A stretch of 64,000 bases of DNA from Octopus sinensis. Lineage: Eukaryota. Below, in pieces: positions 26,476 through 40,379 of the stretch. The notes below the pieces were generated by a model that had not been told where the DNA came from, did no database searches, and worked only from the letters and a program-made list of their open reading frames with translations. Position 1 is the stretch's first letter. Every line of letters begins with the position of its first letter. The DNA lies in NCBI RefSeq assembly GCF_006345805.1, contig NC_042997.1, forward strand, positions 103,788,001-103,852,000. Direction: 5' to 3'. The position numbers and the translations under genes are program-made.

Positions 26476-26864
26476 TATATATATAAACAAAACAAACAAG
26501 AATGTATCAAGCGACAACAAAACATCCGGACAGTTAGACGATACAAAAAAAAACAAAAAAAAAAACCAGGACGAGCCATTCGGAGCTTTCTATCGTCAGT
26601 TGAGTTCCAGATCGCCGTTGCAGTTTCGGCCAGTTACACTCGAGACTGCTCTAATCTGGCCGACCCCAAGAAAATCTAAGCTAAGAGCACTAGATTCTTT
26701 GGAAGAAAGCAAGCGAATGTATACGAAGCAGGTAAATGGTACACAATTACAAATACAAACAACAGGTGTTTTCGACTAAGAACGAATTAAATTAAGTTGG
26801 CGTGTGTGACACTTTTCGTCTCCTGTATACACACACACAAATCCTTTTATTGCTTTATTCTTTC

Positions 26865-27114
26865 AGTCTGTCATTGGTTTCAGTCATTTGACTGCGGCCA
26901 TGCTGGAGTACCGCGTTTTTGGCTTATTCTTTGTAAGCCTGCTATTTATTCTTTCGGACTCTTTTGCTAAACCGCTAAGTTACGCGGACGTAAGCACACC
27001 AACATCGGTTGTCAAGCGATGGTGGTGGTGATGGCGGTGGGGACAAACACGGACACAGACACATAAGTATATATATACATATACACACATATGTAATATA
27101 TACTTACACCCCCT

Positions 27115-27151
<37 letters not shown>

Positions 27152-27245
27152 GATAAGCTTCTTTTCCGTTTCCGTCTACCAAATCCATGCACAAGGATTT
27201 AGTTGACCCGCGGTTATAGTAGAAGGTACTTGCCCAAGGTGCCAC
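26865..27245 (-). mobile_element. SINE family 2 (internally deleted)
   Basis: CAGTCATTTGACTGCGGCCATGCTGGAG..CCGCTAAGTTACG..TTTCCGTCTACCAAATCC on +. Confidence 0.75.
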
Positions 27246-27618
27246 ACACACACACACACAGACACACGCACACACGCACAACCATATATACTCACACACA
27301 AATATATACAAATATATATGTTTATATATATACCGGATGAACCATCAGCCTGACGAGGTGAAGACGAGATCAACGGAATCAAAACCTTTATACACCAAAT
27401 GGGCCAAGAGCTGGGAAAAAAGCGCATACAGGAGTGGTGATATCAAAAAGACTACGGTAGTGGCCCGGCATGACCGCAGCCACATGACTGAAACGAGTAG
27501 AAGAATAAAAGAATAAAAGAATATATGTATTTATACATAAATACATACACACATATACATATATATATATGTGTGTGTATATTTATATGTATATACATGA
27601 TGCATATATATATATATG

Positions 27619-27667
<49 letters not shown>

Positions 27668-27668
<1 letters not shown>

Positions 27669-27954
27669 AACAATTGCAGCGTGGAAGGTGTTTAAAAGCC
27701 ATTTAGAAACACACAAAAGCCGTTCGATTCACTTCAACATTTAAGTTTAATTTGTCAAAATATTTTCGTCGCTAAAATCCGCGACCTGTTCACTGACAAA
27801 GTCCGAGATGCAGCACGGACTTTGTCAGTGAACAGGTCGCGGATTTTAGCGACGAAAATATTTTGACAAATTAAACTTAAATGTTGAAGTGAATCGAACG
27901 GCTTTTGTGTGTTTCTTAAATGGCTTTTAAACACCTTCCACGCTGCAATTGTTT
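27668..27954. repeat. Near-perfect fold-back with 138-bp arms and a 10-nt loop
   Basis: 27668-27805 versus 27816-27954 differ by a single 1-nt indel. Confidence 0.97.
27821..27870 (+). ncRNA. Minimal type-I hammerhead ribozyme-like motif with G3-C8 core (mirror copy on the minus strand at 27751-27800)
   Basis: Stem I TTTGTCA/TGACAAA; core GTGAACA plus G; stem II GTCGC/GCGAC; GAA; palindromic stem III AATATT; T17. Confidence 0.55.
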
Positions 27955-28127
27955 TCGTTTCAGCACACGATCTCAGATCAAATTACTTGCTATGCGAGTA
28001 CATCTCCGTAATATATATATATATATACATGTGTGTGTGGTGTGTGTGTATGCATGTAAAAGTATTTGTGGACAGACAGATATAGATATAGTTATTCTTC
28101 GGCGAACTACCAGTTGTCTCTTGGTTA

Positions 28128-28450
28128 CATGGTGTGGACCAAAGAAGAGATACGATGACATACTCGATGAAAATTTTGAAAAGTGTAACTTAGAGCAGTC
28201 TATTTGGAAACATGCAGCATAATGCTGTGTCCTGGACACTACAACATTCAAAATTAGATATGATCAGAGAAATTAAAGACAGGTGCGCTGAACGGAAACC
28301 AAGAGTTCCACCGGATCCCGATTTTGCTATTACGTGCCCACACTGTAACAGAGGATTTAATGCCAATATTGACTTAATAAGCCACCTTATGACACATAAA
28401 GGGTAAAGCTGTTAATTTGGTCATCTACTAAGACGCGAAGGACGAGCAGT

Positions 28451-28452
<2 letters not shown>
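28128..28452 (+). mobile_element. RTE LINE 3' end
   Basis: PKKRYDDIL..W..; ITCPHCNRGFNANIDLISHLMTH* C-terminal CCHH motif typical of RTE elements. Confidence 0.75.
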
Positions 28453-28481
<29 letters not shown>

Positions 28482-28495
28482 TATATATATATAAT

Positions 28496-28540
<45 letters not shown>

Positions 28541-29690
28541 TTGTGTTGATGTTATAAGAAAGGAGAATATTCAACAGCAGAGTTAGAATTTATTATAACC
28601 TACTGCAGTTACGAGGATACATTACAGAGCGTTTCATGAAAGCACGTTATTATAGTTCAGTAATTTAATTTTCAAAAGTGCAAACACCTCACAATTTGAA
28701 ATGAACTAAAAAAGACTGAGGGAGCCTGATGTCCACCGATGCTACAAGTCGGAAATTCCGGGCAGCTGTAGACTCGGGAGAAAATACTTTCTATGAACTT
28801 GGCAGAAGGACACTAAAATTCTTCAAGAGTGATGTGCGCATAGAACAGCATGCAGTTTATTTCGTAGGCACATTGAAGCAATCGTTGGGGCCTAAGGCGG
28901 ATTTATACGATGGCTTTTTTTCTTTGATATATCCCGTGGAATATGTATACCATTTTTCTGGGAACATGTTGTTCTTCTCAGTTAGTCTATGCATTGTTTT
29001 GGACATGGTTGTCCGGCGCACTTTACACACATATGTATATAAGTTTGTAATTATACACGTGTTTATGTATGTATGTATGTATGTATGTATGTATGTATGT
29101 ATGTATGTATGTATGTATGTATGTATGTATGCATGCATGATCACTCTTTTAATTTTTAGTTTATTTTTGTCCGGTCACCTTTCCGGTGGCGAGATTGCAA
29201 GGAAAAGGAAATTGTCATCGTTTCTTGTTTATGTATGTATGTATGTATGTATGTATGTATGTATGTATGCATATTTAATGGCATTTTATGCAACATTCAT
29301 ATTCAATCAGAACATTTACGAAAAAAGCAGCTATTTTCCTAGGTTTTACCAGTACGTAAGAGTACATTAGTCAATAAATGACTTCACTTTATTCAGCAGT
29401 TTGAGATAAATGCCCGTTGCGTGATAGCTAATATGTAATCCCTTTTCTTATATATTTATATATTTGCGTGCAAGACAGAATGCAGCTGTAACAGGCTTTT
29501 TTTTCTGTAGATTGATGTTTTTAGCGCGTCAATGAATTGGAAAGCCTGAATAAGGTAGATGAAAAAGTCATCGTATGAAATAAATCCGTGCGTTTTCATG
29601 TCTGTGTAAATACATGCGTATTTATGTATCTATGTGGTTATAGTTATTCTTCAGCCAGATATTGTATTTATTTGTGTGTGCATACATACA

Positions 29691-29726
<36 letters not shown>

Positions 29727-29761
29727 TATGTGTATATATATACATATGCATATATACATAC

Positions 29762-29796
<35 letters not shown>

Positions 29797-29812
29797 TATA
29801 TATACATATGTA

Positions 29813-29886
<74 letters not shown>

Positions 29887-31060
29887 GTACATCTGTGTGT
29901 ATTTGTGTATGTGTATGCATGTATATAAATACATATGTATATTTATACAGACACACACACTCACATACGCATATATATATATACATATATATACATACAT
30001 ACATACACACATACATACATACATACATACATACATATGTGTGTGTGTGGGTGTGTGTGGGTGTGTGTGCGTGTAACTTTCCTTTGATCTAAACCGGTCG
30101 ATCACACGAAGATGAATGTTACTACTACTACTACTACTACTACTACTATGAAGGGAAGGATTCGATGTGTATGTCGTTAATTATTTGTGACATTATCTAT
30201 ATATTATCACGTACAATAATTTTCCCAATCACACAAACCCATGTAAACACATAGCCAGACATGCAAACAAATGGGAAATGTGAATATGTTCGCAAGGACA
30301 AGAAAAAAGTAAAGTATAGAAGTAAAATTGTACACGTCATCGAATTCTAGGTGTAATGATCGTTATATTACGTACCTGTTTAAAAGCCGTACTCCGTGCG
30401 AACTTTTTGGCTGTTTCCTGTGGAGGGCTAATTGGGCCTGCAGCCCAAAACTAAAGAGAGCTAAATAGCATGACTATTATACATCTATAATGACTATAAG
30501 CCCCGGTGGTGTTTGATCAGAGGTTATAGACGGATGAGAATTTAATTCTGTTATGCAATTATTCTATTGTTCCAGTCACAAGTTGAATTACCAACTGTTG
30601 GCCAGTTTGTCCTAAAGTTCTTGTCTCGACGTAAAATTAACGATGCGAATGTCATTTATCTCCCCCTTTATCCCAGACGTCATCAGACAAACTAAGATGT
30701 TATAAATTAGCTAAGCTTTACCCGCTAGAAATAGCAACTGAAATGATTTTAAATCAGGTTCCAATGTTGGATGTTAAGAACCAAATGAAGGGCAGATTTT
30801 CACTCCTGGGATCATCCTGATTCCAAAAAAGGTATAATATGTCTATGTAGAGCAAATGTAGACTGAAATACAGAGGTCTTGGACAGATATAATTTCGCAT
30901 TTATTATTGCAGATGTTCAACATAATTCATTTTTATGTCGTATGTTTTGTGTTCATTTCGAATCCTAGCCTGTGCGCAGTTCATAACAGACTTTGTACTG
31001 TATATTTCTTCAACACAATTCGATGGCCAGAATTTATTACTATGTAATACGAGAATTCCT

Positions 31061-31250
31061 TCTAATATAGGCACAAAGCCTGAAATACTTGGGGAGGGGG
31101 CTGATCGGTTTTATCGATCCCAATGCTCGACTGATACTTATTTCATCGATCGCGAGAAGATGAAAGGCAAAGTCAACTTCGGCGGAACTTGAGCTCAGAA
31201 CATGAAGATAGACGAAATGCCGCTAAGCATTTCGGCTAGCGTGCTAAACG
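31061..31250 (-). mobile_element. SINE family 1 type A
   Basis: GGCACAAAGCCTGAAAT..GATGAAAGGCAAAGTCAACTTCGGCGGAA on +. Confidence 0.75.
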
Positions 31251-32929
31251 ATTTTATGCTATACAAAAATAATGTCTCTTTATTCTTTTTTATTGAATTG
31301 GTTTATAGGTTTTTTTCAACAATCTCCAAGGCCGCTAAGTAAATTAATTATTGGCCGACAAAATGAAAGGTTTCGATTTAAAGAAAATATGAGAAAGAGT
31401 AAATCGGGCTTATCCAGTGAAATTCAATTTAACAGGTACCTCGTTAAAGCCTCTAAGTCAACGATAGCATTCAACCAACAATAAATTTAATCCACGAATT
31501 TAAAGATCGTAAAGTAACTTACAAACATATCCTTATAAAATACTCCTAGTGAAGAGAACAATATCTGTAACACTGACAGTATTATATGTTTACGCACACA
31601 CACACACACACACACATACACACACGCATGCTATGTACTAATGGTCAAAAAGCTCTTCTTCACATTGTTCACATTTTTATAGCTTTCGAAAGATGATATC
31701 CCCGTTGGCTTGACGGACAGGCCAATGTTCTCCCTAGGCGCAATTCCAATCTGTCGTCGGCTTATCCATTACAGCTGAATGGACTGGAGGTGTGTGACAC
31801 GAAATGCTTTTTCTTCGATGCATGTAAATTTGAACACCCACCGTGCATATGAATGAATAATTTAATATTGAATTTCTCAAAAAAAGAAAAAAATATGTTT
31901 ATATATTCTTCGTGTTTATATACAATGATTTTTAATATATAGATCTACATGCTCTCTGATTATAAATGTAAGACAATGTTGGACTTACAAATTGAATAAT
32001 ACAAGGCTTCGGTAGTCTAATATTTTCCTCTACCTTTAATTGTACGCCTACACATTATTACATATAGTTCTCAAAAATGTCATATCCCGTCGATTCCCTA
32101 ACCACACACATGCACAACACACGATTAGCGACCACCAGCATTCAAGCAAATTAAATCATATCTCTAGTAATTGATTTGAGTTCTAAATCTCGTTCAACAC
32201 GACGCATATTTCAAGTGAAAACATGAAAGCGATGTACCTTTTTAGTATGAAGTTTATATAGTAAAATACAAAAAAAGAAAAATCGTTGAAATATCCAGAG
32301 TTTCCTACAGTTGTTAATACATGTCTCGCCGAAGAATTAAATATAATTAATATCAGACCAGCTCAAGCAAATTTTGTATTTAATATATATACAAATTACG
32401 TGCCATAATTCGTATAATTGATTCGAGAAAAGTATTGAGAAGTACATATAGAACATATGGTTGGCTAAATAGAATACATGAGATGTAGTCATGATACGCA
32501 CACACACACACACACACACATACAAACACAAAATACTCACGGAAACGCACGCATATATACGTATACTTACATACATACATACACATGCACGATCGCACAC
32601 ACACCAACACATACATACGCGTACGATTCTAAAATGAGATCAGAAGTCCTTCCCGAGCATTAGGCTTATAAATATAGTTTCCTAGATTCTATAATGTATA
32701 TATTTACCCCTGGATGGATCAGTGGTCCGTCTCAGGATTGCAGCTTTTTGTCAAGTGAGTGGACTGGAGCAATGTAAAATTAAGTTGTTCAAACAAGAAC
32801 ACAACGCATCGCCCGGTCTAGCAACTGAAACCATATTCTTACACTTATGAGTGCTAAGCACTATGCCACGTGTTTCAACACACACACACACACACACTGG
32901 GCTGCGGTTGGTCGGAGAAGGTCACGCGG

Positions 32930-33099
32930 CGTCGTGGTCCTATGTTGGTACATGGGCAACATCCGATGGCATTACTAGGCACTATACGGGTGTGACAGCT
33001 AATGACTTCAATGGAAGATACCCCCAGCATATGCACTCGTTGAGATCCAGGGACAGATGGAACTCTACTTCCTTGTCCCATTTTCTCTGGAGACGATGA
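32930..33099 (+). mobile_element. Penelope-like GIY-YIG endonuclease fragment
   Basis: SWSYVGTWATSDGITRHYTGVTANDFNGRYPQHMHSLR..RWNSTSLSHFLW resembles the PLE motif VYQATV..YIG.T..F..RY.NH..SFR..NST.LS.YIW. Confidence 0.55.
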
Positions 33100-33189
33100 A
33101 AATGAAGCTCATGATAATCGGAAACCGACAGCAAGGATATCATCTAGGAGGTTTTGGCAAATTCAGGAAGAGATTCCGTCGCAAAGGCA

Positions 33190-33480
33190 ATAGTTTAACC
33201 ACAATTCCATCCTGGTATCCAAGCGCTTGACAGAGATGGGTATCAAAACTCTTCCTCACCCTCCCTATAGCCAAGACTTGTTCCCTTTGACTTTTGGTTG
33301 TTCCTCAAGCTGAAGGAGGACCTGAAGGGCAGTCGCTTTAAATTGAGAAGAAGACGGAGGCTGTGACAAGGGACCTTGACACCTTCGTTTCGGAGGACTT
33401 TCATGGTATCTTCACGAAGTGGCTGAAGCACTACAGCAAATGTACTGAAGTCAGAGGATCCTACTTAGAAAGAGATTAAA
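33190..33480 (+). mobile_element. Mariner transposase C-terminal remnant
   Basis: LTEMGIKTLPHPPYSQDL..DFWLFLKLKEDLKG..KWLKHYSKCTEVRGSYLE. Confidence 0.8.
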
Positions 33481-33639
33481 GTATTGTACTACTTTGAAAT
33501 TGCTAAATATCTTCCCTGAAAATGTCTCAAAGCATCTGAAATGCACCTTGCATACACACAAACACACATACACATACATACATATGTAGATACACATACA
33601 CACATGTTTATATAGATATATATATATATGTGTGTGTGG

Positions 33640-33840
33640 TCTCCATCTGTGGTCTCCCTCCACTGCTTCACAAACTGTGTTTGTTTGTTTATGTTTCCGT
33701 TATTTAGCGGTTCGGCAAGAGAAACTGACATAATAAATACCAAGATTTAAAAAAATACGCCGTTGCATCGATTTGTTCGACTAAACCCCCGAAGACGGTG
33801 TACCAGCATGACCGCAGTTCAAAAGCTGAAACAAATAAAA
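33640..33840 (+). mobile_element. SINE family 2, 3' half
   Basis: TTAGCGGTTCGGCAAGAGAAAC..CAGCATGACCGCAG..GAAACAAATAAAA. Confidence 0.65.
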
Positions 33841-34998
33841 TATACAAAATATACAAAAATACATCGAAACTCATTGAATAGAAAATTCCTCCGCAAATTG
33901 CAAGCTGTTGAAACCTAGCTTATGCAGTTTCATATATTTGTTGTATAGTGGCTATATTAAATCTTCGTAAAGGCTGCAAACAGGCAGCTGAGTTCAGATT
34001 CCACCGAGGTCGATAAAACAAGTGCCAGTTGAGCACTGGAATAGATGTAATCGCCATATCCCCTTCCTCCAAATCGCTGGCCTTGTACCAACATTTAGAA
34101 CCAGTTTTAAGTCTTCAAGCGACATTCGATCACAAGTGAAAACGTTTCAGATTTAATATTTGATTTTCATGTTATCTTAAAACAGCGATAATCCTTAGAG
34201 CCCCTCATTCATAAAAAAAGAAAATTCCCAAAACATCTTAAAATAAATTACGTTACAACAGATGTTTTTACAAAGTGTGTTGTTTAAAAACCTTTCCTTT
34301 CTTTTCCGTTACTTCTGTTGTTCATGACATTTTTGTTTGTTTTCCTTCTACTTAAGATATCAAGGGGGTAAAAAGAGCAGCTGTGAGGGCTAAATCACAA
34401 AAGTGGTCCCATTACTACCACGATAACTGACCATCAGATCCTTTATGTATTAGAAACTAATGACCCCTTTACTTTCACCACAGCAATAAAATGTAGTTTT
34501 TGTGTTGTATTAAGAGGTTTCAATTTCTTCTTTATTTTTATACATATTATCGCTCTCCACTCTCTTTTGCTCTTTCATTGGCCCTTTTCTATCTCTCTCT
34601 TTCATTCGCCTCTTTTTTTTCTCTCTTTCTCTGTCTTTCATTCACCCCTTCTCTCTCTCTATCTTTCCCTCTCTCTTACAGACGCACACATTCAAAGAAG
34701 CATAATAAACGCACATACGCTGACATAAAGCCAATTCAACTAACGCTATAGAACCACTAGAGAACTCACGTGGTATGTATGTATGTACGTATGTATGTAT
34801 GTATGTATATATGTACGTACGTACGTAGGTATGTCAGTAAGTATGTATGTATATGTGTGTATATGTATTCATATACATATATCTAATACATACATGTACA
34901 AATATGTGTATATGTATATGTATGTATGTACATATATATATGTATATATAATATATAAAATATAATATATATATATATACACACATATACATATACAT

Positions 34999-35066
<68 letters not shown>

Positions 35067-37573
35067 TTACTTGTATATATGTATTTGTAACGAGAGAGAG
35101 TGAGAGAGAAAAATGTGAGCTCTGCGTATGTATGTATGAATGTGTATGTCTGCGAATGTTTGTGTGTGCGTGTGCGCTGATATTCGTGTTTTATGTATGA
35201 GTGAATGTAGTTGAGGCTCTTTGTGTTTTGTTGTTGTTGTTGGAGGCAAAGAAGATGCGTGCATGTCCTGGGTGTTAACACGGGTGAACGGTTGTTGTTT
35301 TCATATCGCTGCAACCCTTCTATTTTACCTACGTATATATGAAATTTTAGGCGTGTCTTGACCACGTTATTCTTTATATGAAAAGTGAGTAAACCCCTGC
35401 TTTCCAAAGTATTTGTTTATGCGTGTGCATGTGCGCGTATGAAATGTAATGTTTGTAGTTATGCTGGCGATGACGGGGGTGGTAGCTATGGTTGCGGTTG
35501 TTGCGTGCCTGTTTGTGTGTGCGCGGTGGTGGTGGTTTGTAGCTTTGAAAGCTGATACCTGGAATAAGAAGGTTTTTGAGAATAAGCAGGGCTTTAAGAG
35601 CCTTAAGCTATTGTAATGATCGCTTCAGCAAGTGTTCTTTCAACAATGGAATCTAACTGACTGCCTTTTCTTATTTTATTTTTCTATCAGTTTTTCAGAA
35701 TTTTTTTGTTGTTGTTGTTCTTGATCTTTTTATCTTTCGTTTTCCTTTTTAGTCATATACTTTTTTACATTTCTTTTCTTGCTTTCGTTTCTTTCCTTCT
35801 CCTTTTTCTTTCTTCATTCTTAATACTTAATTCCCCTCACTTAGAGCTGATATTAAGTATCAACGAGCAAAGCCACGCTGACCTATCTATACCATACACA
35901 GCTGAATAATTCCAATGTCCTGCCTGGATATCTAACTAAAAAAAAAAAAAAAAAAGACCAAGGGAAGAAGAAAGAAGCACGATTGTCTGTTGGTATACAG
36001 TCACAAAAACAACAATAGAACAAAACAGATCCCTACCCAACACATCAGGACATTTTTTTTTGTCAACTCTACACCACCACCTCTCTAACTCGTTATATAT
36101 CCGTCTTTTCTTTCTTGCTCTTTTCTTATTCGTTTCATCACACCCTCGTCTAGATTTGTCTATTTGACTGCATCACTACTCTCGTCCTAGCTTCTTTACG
36201 CTGTTTATTGGTTGCTGCTCTTTCGTTTTTTCATCGTATAGTGTCAGCATTTCGTTTTTTGTTATTGTTAAATGTCTTTTGTTGTAGTTTCGGCAAGAAG
36301 TTAGTGAAGGTGTTGTTAATAGCATTGCTGGTGTCAATGTTAACAGTGTCAAATGTAGGGGACTTATAGCAATGTCTGTTGGTGAGCACAGAAAAGGCTA
36401 TTGTGGCCGGAATAATTGTGATAGAAGTAATGGTGGTGGTGGTGGTGGTGGTGGTGTTGTGCTGATGGTTTAGCTCGGCAATTGTATCGATGATAGCTGT
36501 GGTATTGTTGTTGTTGCTGTTGTTGATGATGATGATGATGATGACGATGATAACGACGATGATGGTAATGACGACAACGACGATGGTGACGACGAAAGCG
36601 AAGACGATGACAACGACGATGATAATGATGAGTGTATTGGGGGTTGCTTTGAAAACCTAGCTGTTGTGCAAGGGAAGGTGAAACTAATGTCATTGGTGGT
36701 GGGCGTGGTTTTCGGTGGGAACATACATTTATACATAGCATTGAAAAGTTTATTTAGTTAGTTTCGTTCCACGTATCTAAGGTCAAATATTAGCCGATGG
36801 GTGGGCTCGTTGGAAATACTAAGAATAAAATAGGAAAAAAAAAACGTGATTATAAACAAGAATTAAATTGGATATGTAAAAGATGTTCCTCATTTTTAAT
36901 TCAAAATAATCACATACCAAAGTCATCTCTCTCTCTCTTTCTCACTCACTCTATCTCCCCGTGTGTGTGTGTGTGTGTGGTGTGTGTGTGTGTGTGTGTA
37001 TGTGTATAGCTATCTAGCTATCTACTTGTCCCTCTAACTATCTATCTCTCGCTCCGGGTACTCTAACCCTTTATAGTCAGAGTATATCTAGGTTACGGTT
37101 GAGTTTAGGCAAAGTATAGTAAATTTCTTTATTAAGCATGAGGTTGAGAAAAAGAGGGGACGCTACGAAGACAGACAACACAAACATTGGGGTCAGAGGA
37201 TCGAATGAGACGAAACGTATGAATAAACAAACAAAATATATACAATTAGATGAGAATGAGTGATTTACAAAAAATGAAGCGGAGGACGCGGTCGAACCCA
37301 CAGACCACATACTCACACTCTAGACAGGTTCTTTCACTCGCATCATACTTGATACAGACTTCCATCTTTTACAAAACACACTTTGCGACTGACGTTTCTT
37401 CTCCAGCCTTATTTTCCGTTTCATGTGGAAAACGAATACGTCGATTAGCTCGAGACTTGAGACGAACATGCCTGTTGCTTTTCCTTTCACTCTAGTCATC
37501 TGCTTCGAACTGTTTGTTCATTGACTGAGAGAGGGAAGGAGAGAGAAACAGAAAAGAGCAAACATTAAACTAG

Positions 37574-37728
37574 AAGTGGCTGTGTAGAAAGTAGCTTGCT
37601 TACCAACCATATGGTTCCGTGTTCAGTCTCACTGCATGGCACCTTGTGCAAGTGTCTTCTAATATAGCCTCGGGCCGACCAAAGCCTTGTGAGTGGATTT
37701 GGTAGACGGAAATTGAAAGAAGACCATC

Positions 37729-37733
<5 letters not shown>
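37574..37733 (+). mobile_element. SINE family 2, 5' half
   Basis: AGTGGCTGTGT head..AAAGCCTTGTGAGTGGATTTGGTAGACGGAAA. Confidence 0.8.
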
Positions 37734-37796
<63 letters not shown>

Positions 37797-38367
37797 CAAT
37801 GGATACATGCAGTCTCAACAAAATCAGTCTGAGCATAGGTACCTAATGTTAGCCCCATATAGAGATGGTGCTCAACTGATCTATGAGGATGGTGGAAGGG
37901 AGGAATGTTGTGCTTATGTGAGACCTGCTATGCTGTACTCACAGAGTGACGTATACCATTCTATGCATGACTGGCTGTACTGTAATGGTATACTGAATGT
38001 GGATTTTCAAGGTGAGTTCGGATTGGCTGTATGCAAATGAATTCATTACTGAGGTCCGGAACCCTCGTGGAGAAAAATAATTTTCTCTACGCGGACTTGT
38101 GCATTGTGGGGGTAGGGGACTATCTAGGTGCAGCCCCATGATCATTCATGACTGAAGGGGTCTTTACCCTTACCCTTAGTGGAATCATTAGGGGATAGGG
38201 AATAGACTAAAAGATACTGCAGTATCTTAGTTATTGCACATTACTTATTAAGTTCTAGTTTTTACTTTCAGGATCAACCACATAAAATACCTACCAGCAA
38301 CTGGGACCGATCTCTGTATCTACAATGCTTCCTAGAAGTGTAGCAACTTCATAATTTAATAATCTTT

Positions 38368-38750
38368 TCTTGTATAGGTACAAGGCCAAAAAAATTGGGT
38401 GAGGGGCTAATCGATTACATTGATCCTAGTGTTCAATAGATGTTCTATTGCATCGACCTCGAAAGGATGAAAGGCAAAGTGTACTTCAGCAGAATTTAAA
38501 CTGAGAACATAAAGATTGACGGATTGCTGCGAAGTATTTTGTCTCACGTGCTAACGATGCTGCCAGCTCACCGCATTACTCTATGGCTTGACAATGGTTT
38601 TAAATTTTGGCACAATGTCAGCAAGTAAGGGGTGGAGGCTAAGTTGATTACATCGATCCCAGTGCTGAACTGATACTTATTTTACCGCCCCCCAAAAGGG
38701 ATGAAAGGCAAATATGACCTCAGCTGCATTTGAACCAAAAGTGTACAGAC
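38368..38750 (-). mobile_element. Two adjacent decayed SINE family 1 type A copies
   Basis: Two copies of AAAGGATGAAAGGCAAA with tails (38368-38575 and 38595-38750). Confidence 0.7.
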
Positions 38751-38957
38751 AGACGTGTGTGTGTGCATGTATATATACATATATCCATATATGTATGTAT
38801 ATATACACACATATACATAGGCACAAACACACACATATATAAATATATATATGTATATATGTATGTGTATAAATATATATATATATATATGCATGCATAC
38901 ACACATACACACGAATGCAGGTACATACACACACACACACATATATATGTATATATG

Positions 38958-38996
<39 letters not shown>

Positions 38997-40053
38997 AAAG
39001 TCAGAATGCGATAAAATAAAATTAATTATTATCGCTGGTGTTTCTAGCACAGGCCATATATTATTCATATATAAGTACATTAAAGGCGAAGTATGTACTA
39101 GATACACAGAAGCTTGATAAATTTAGTGAAATGAAAATAAAAACTTTTAATATACATATACACGTATATATGTATACACGCACACACATATATATAGTGC
39201 AGTCTTTTTGGAACATACACCGAAGACTGAAAGTGTCGCTGGAGAGGTCACAAATGTGTAACGAAAGATTTCCGGACAATGGACATGAGTTAGAATAAGA
39301 ACAGTAATAAAAGAGTGAAGAACGAATATATAGTGCGTATGTTTAATTGGGTGAAAAAAGATCATCCCGAAATACAACAATATAAAGTATTATATATATT
39401 TATTACTTCTATCCATTGCTCTTTATTAAACAAATCGCAATACTGTCTTTGATATGCTTGTTAGTGCAAAAGATATCTGACGCTACAAAGAACGTTTTAG
39501 GAATTTTGTCTATATCAAAATCCTTGTACGAGTATAGACTAAATTTCTCCACAAATTTCTATTATGCGGTCAATTAACGTCTTCTTACAACGTAATGCAG
39601 ACAGAATTTCGGAACTGCTGTACGTGAATGATAAACCTGTGGATATGAAATTAAACGAAACATTACTCATAATTCATTGCTATTTACGTGAGACATGTCC
39701 AGGGTCAATTTTTAGTCGAAATGTATCTATGTTATCAAAATAATATAATGAGTCTATTAATTCCTCGTGGAATCCACAAACATCTCTCTCGATATCATAG
39801 GGTTTTGTGGAATTCTTGTTGAGAAACACTGCTCTAGTTAGACTGAAATACGATGCACAGGTAAGTACCACTATTAATATGTATAGACAAAACGCATCTG
39901 TGACGCCCAATATATACTCTCCTGTTGTGATCTCTAAACCTATAGACAAACAAAATCCGACTGGATTCCAGAAAAAATTTGTCTTGCCTCGATGATTCAC
40001 AAGTTGTATGGTAGCGTATGTTGTGTAGCCTTCCGATAGGTGGAAATATAATA

Positions 40054-40200
40054 TACGAGGAGTGTTGGAAAATTTCTGGCTTTGGATCAAAGAAAATACA
40101 GGAGGATCAGTTAATTATGACTTTATTTAATATATTCGCCTCTCAGATTCACAAATTTATTGCAGCGGTCCTTCAGGATTTTCTAAGCCATGTGACAGAA
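40054..40200 (+). mobile_element. Mariner 5' end (TIR and leader)
   Basis: TA followed by CGAGGAGTGTTGGAAAATTTCTGGCTTT resembles a mariner TIR. Confidence 0.5.
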
Positions 40201-40238
40201 AACTATACATCATAGATTGATTTTATATCTATCTATCC

Positions 40239-40298
<60 letters not shown>

Positions 40299-40347
40299 GT
40301 CTGTCAGTATGTCTGTCTGTCTGTCTGTCTGTCTGTCAGTCTGTCTG

Positions 40348-40379
<32 letters not shown>

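Noticed and set aside
26570-26610. Minus-strand CTGACGA..CTCCGAA motif
   Set aside because: Stem I is absent and stem II is broken; too decayed to call.
28729-29370. 213-aa ORF
   Set aside because: About half is (TATG)n; the unique N-terminal part has no motif I recognise (weak mariner-like RIEQHAV only).
36364-36741. Poly-His/poly-Gln ORF resembling a transcription-factor low-complexity region
   Set aside because: Explained by (CAT)/(CAA)/(CAC) repeats; no domain or splice support.
37523-37528. TCAGTC initiator-like motif on the minus strand near a CpG-containing stretch
   Set aside because: A 6-mer expected by chance many times in 64 kb; no other promoter evidence.
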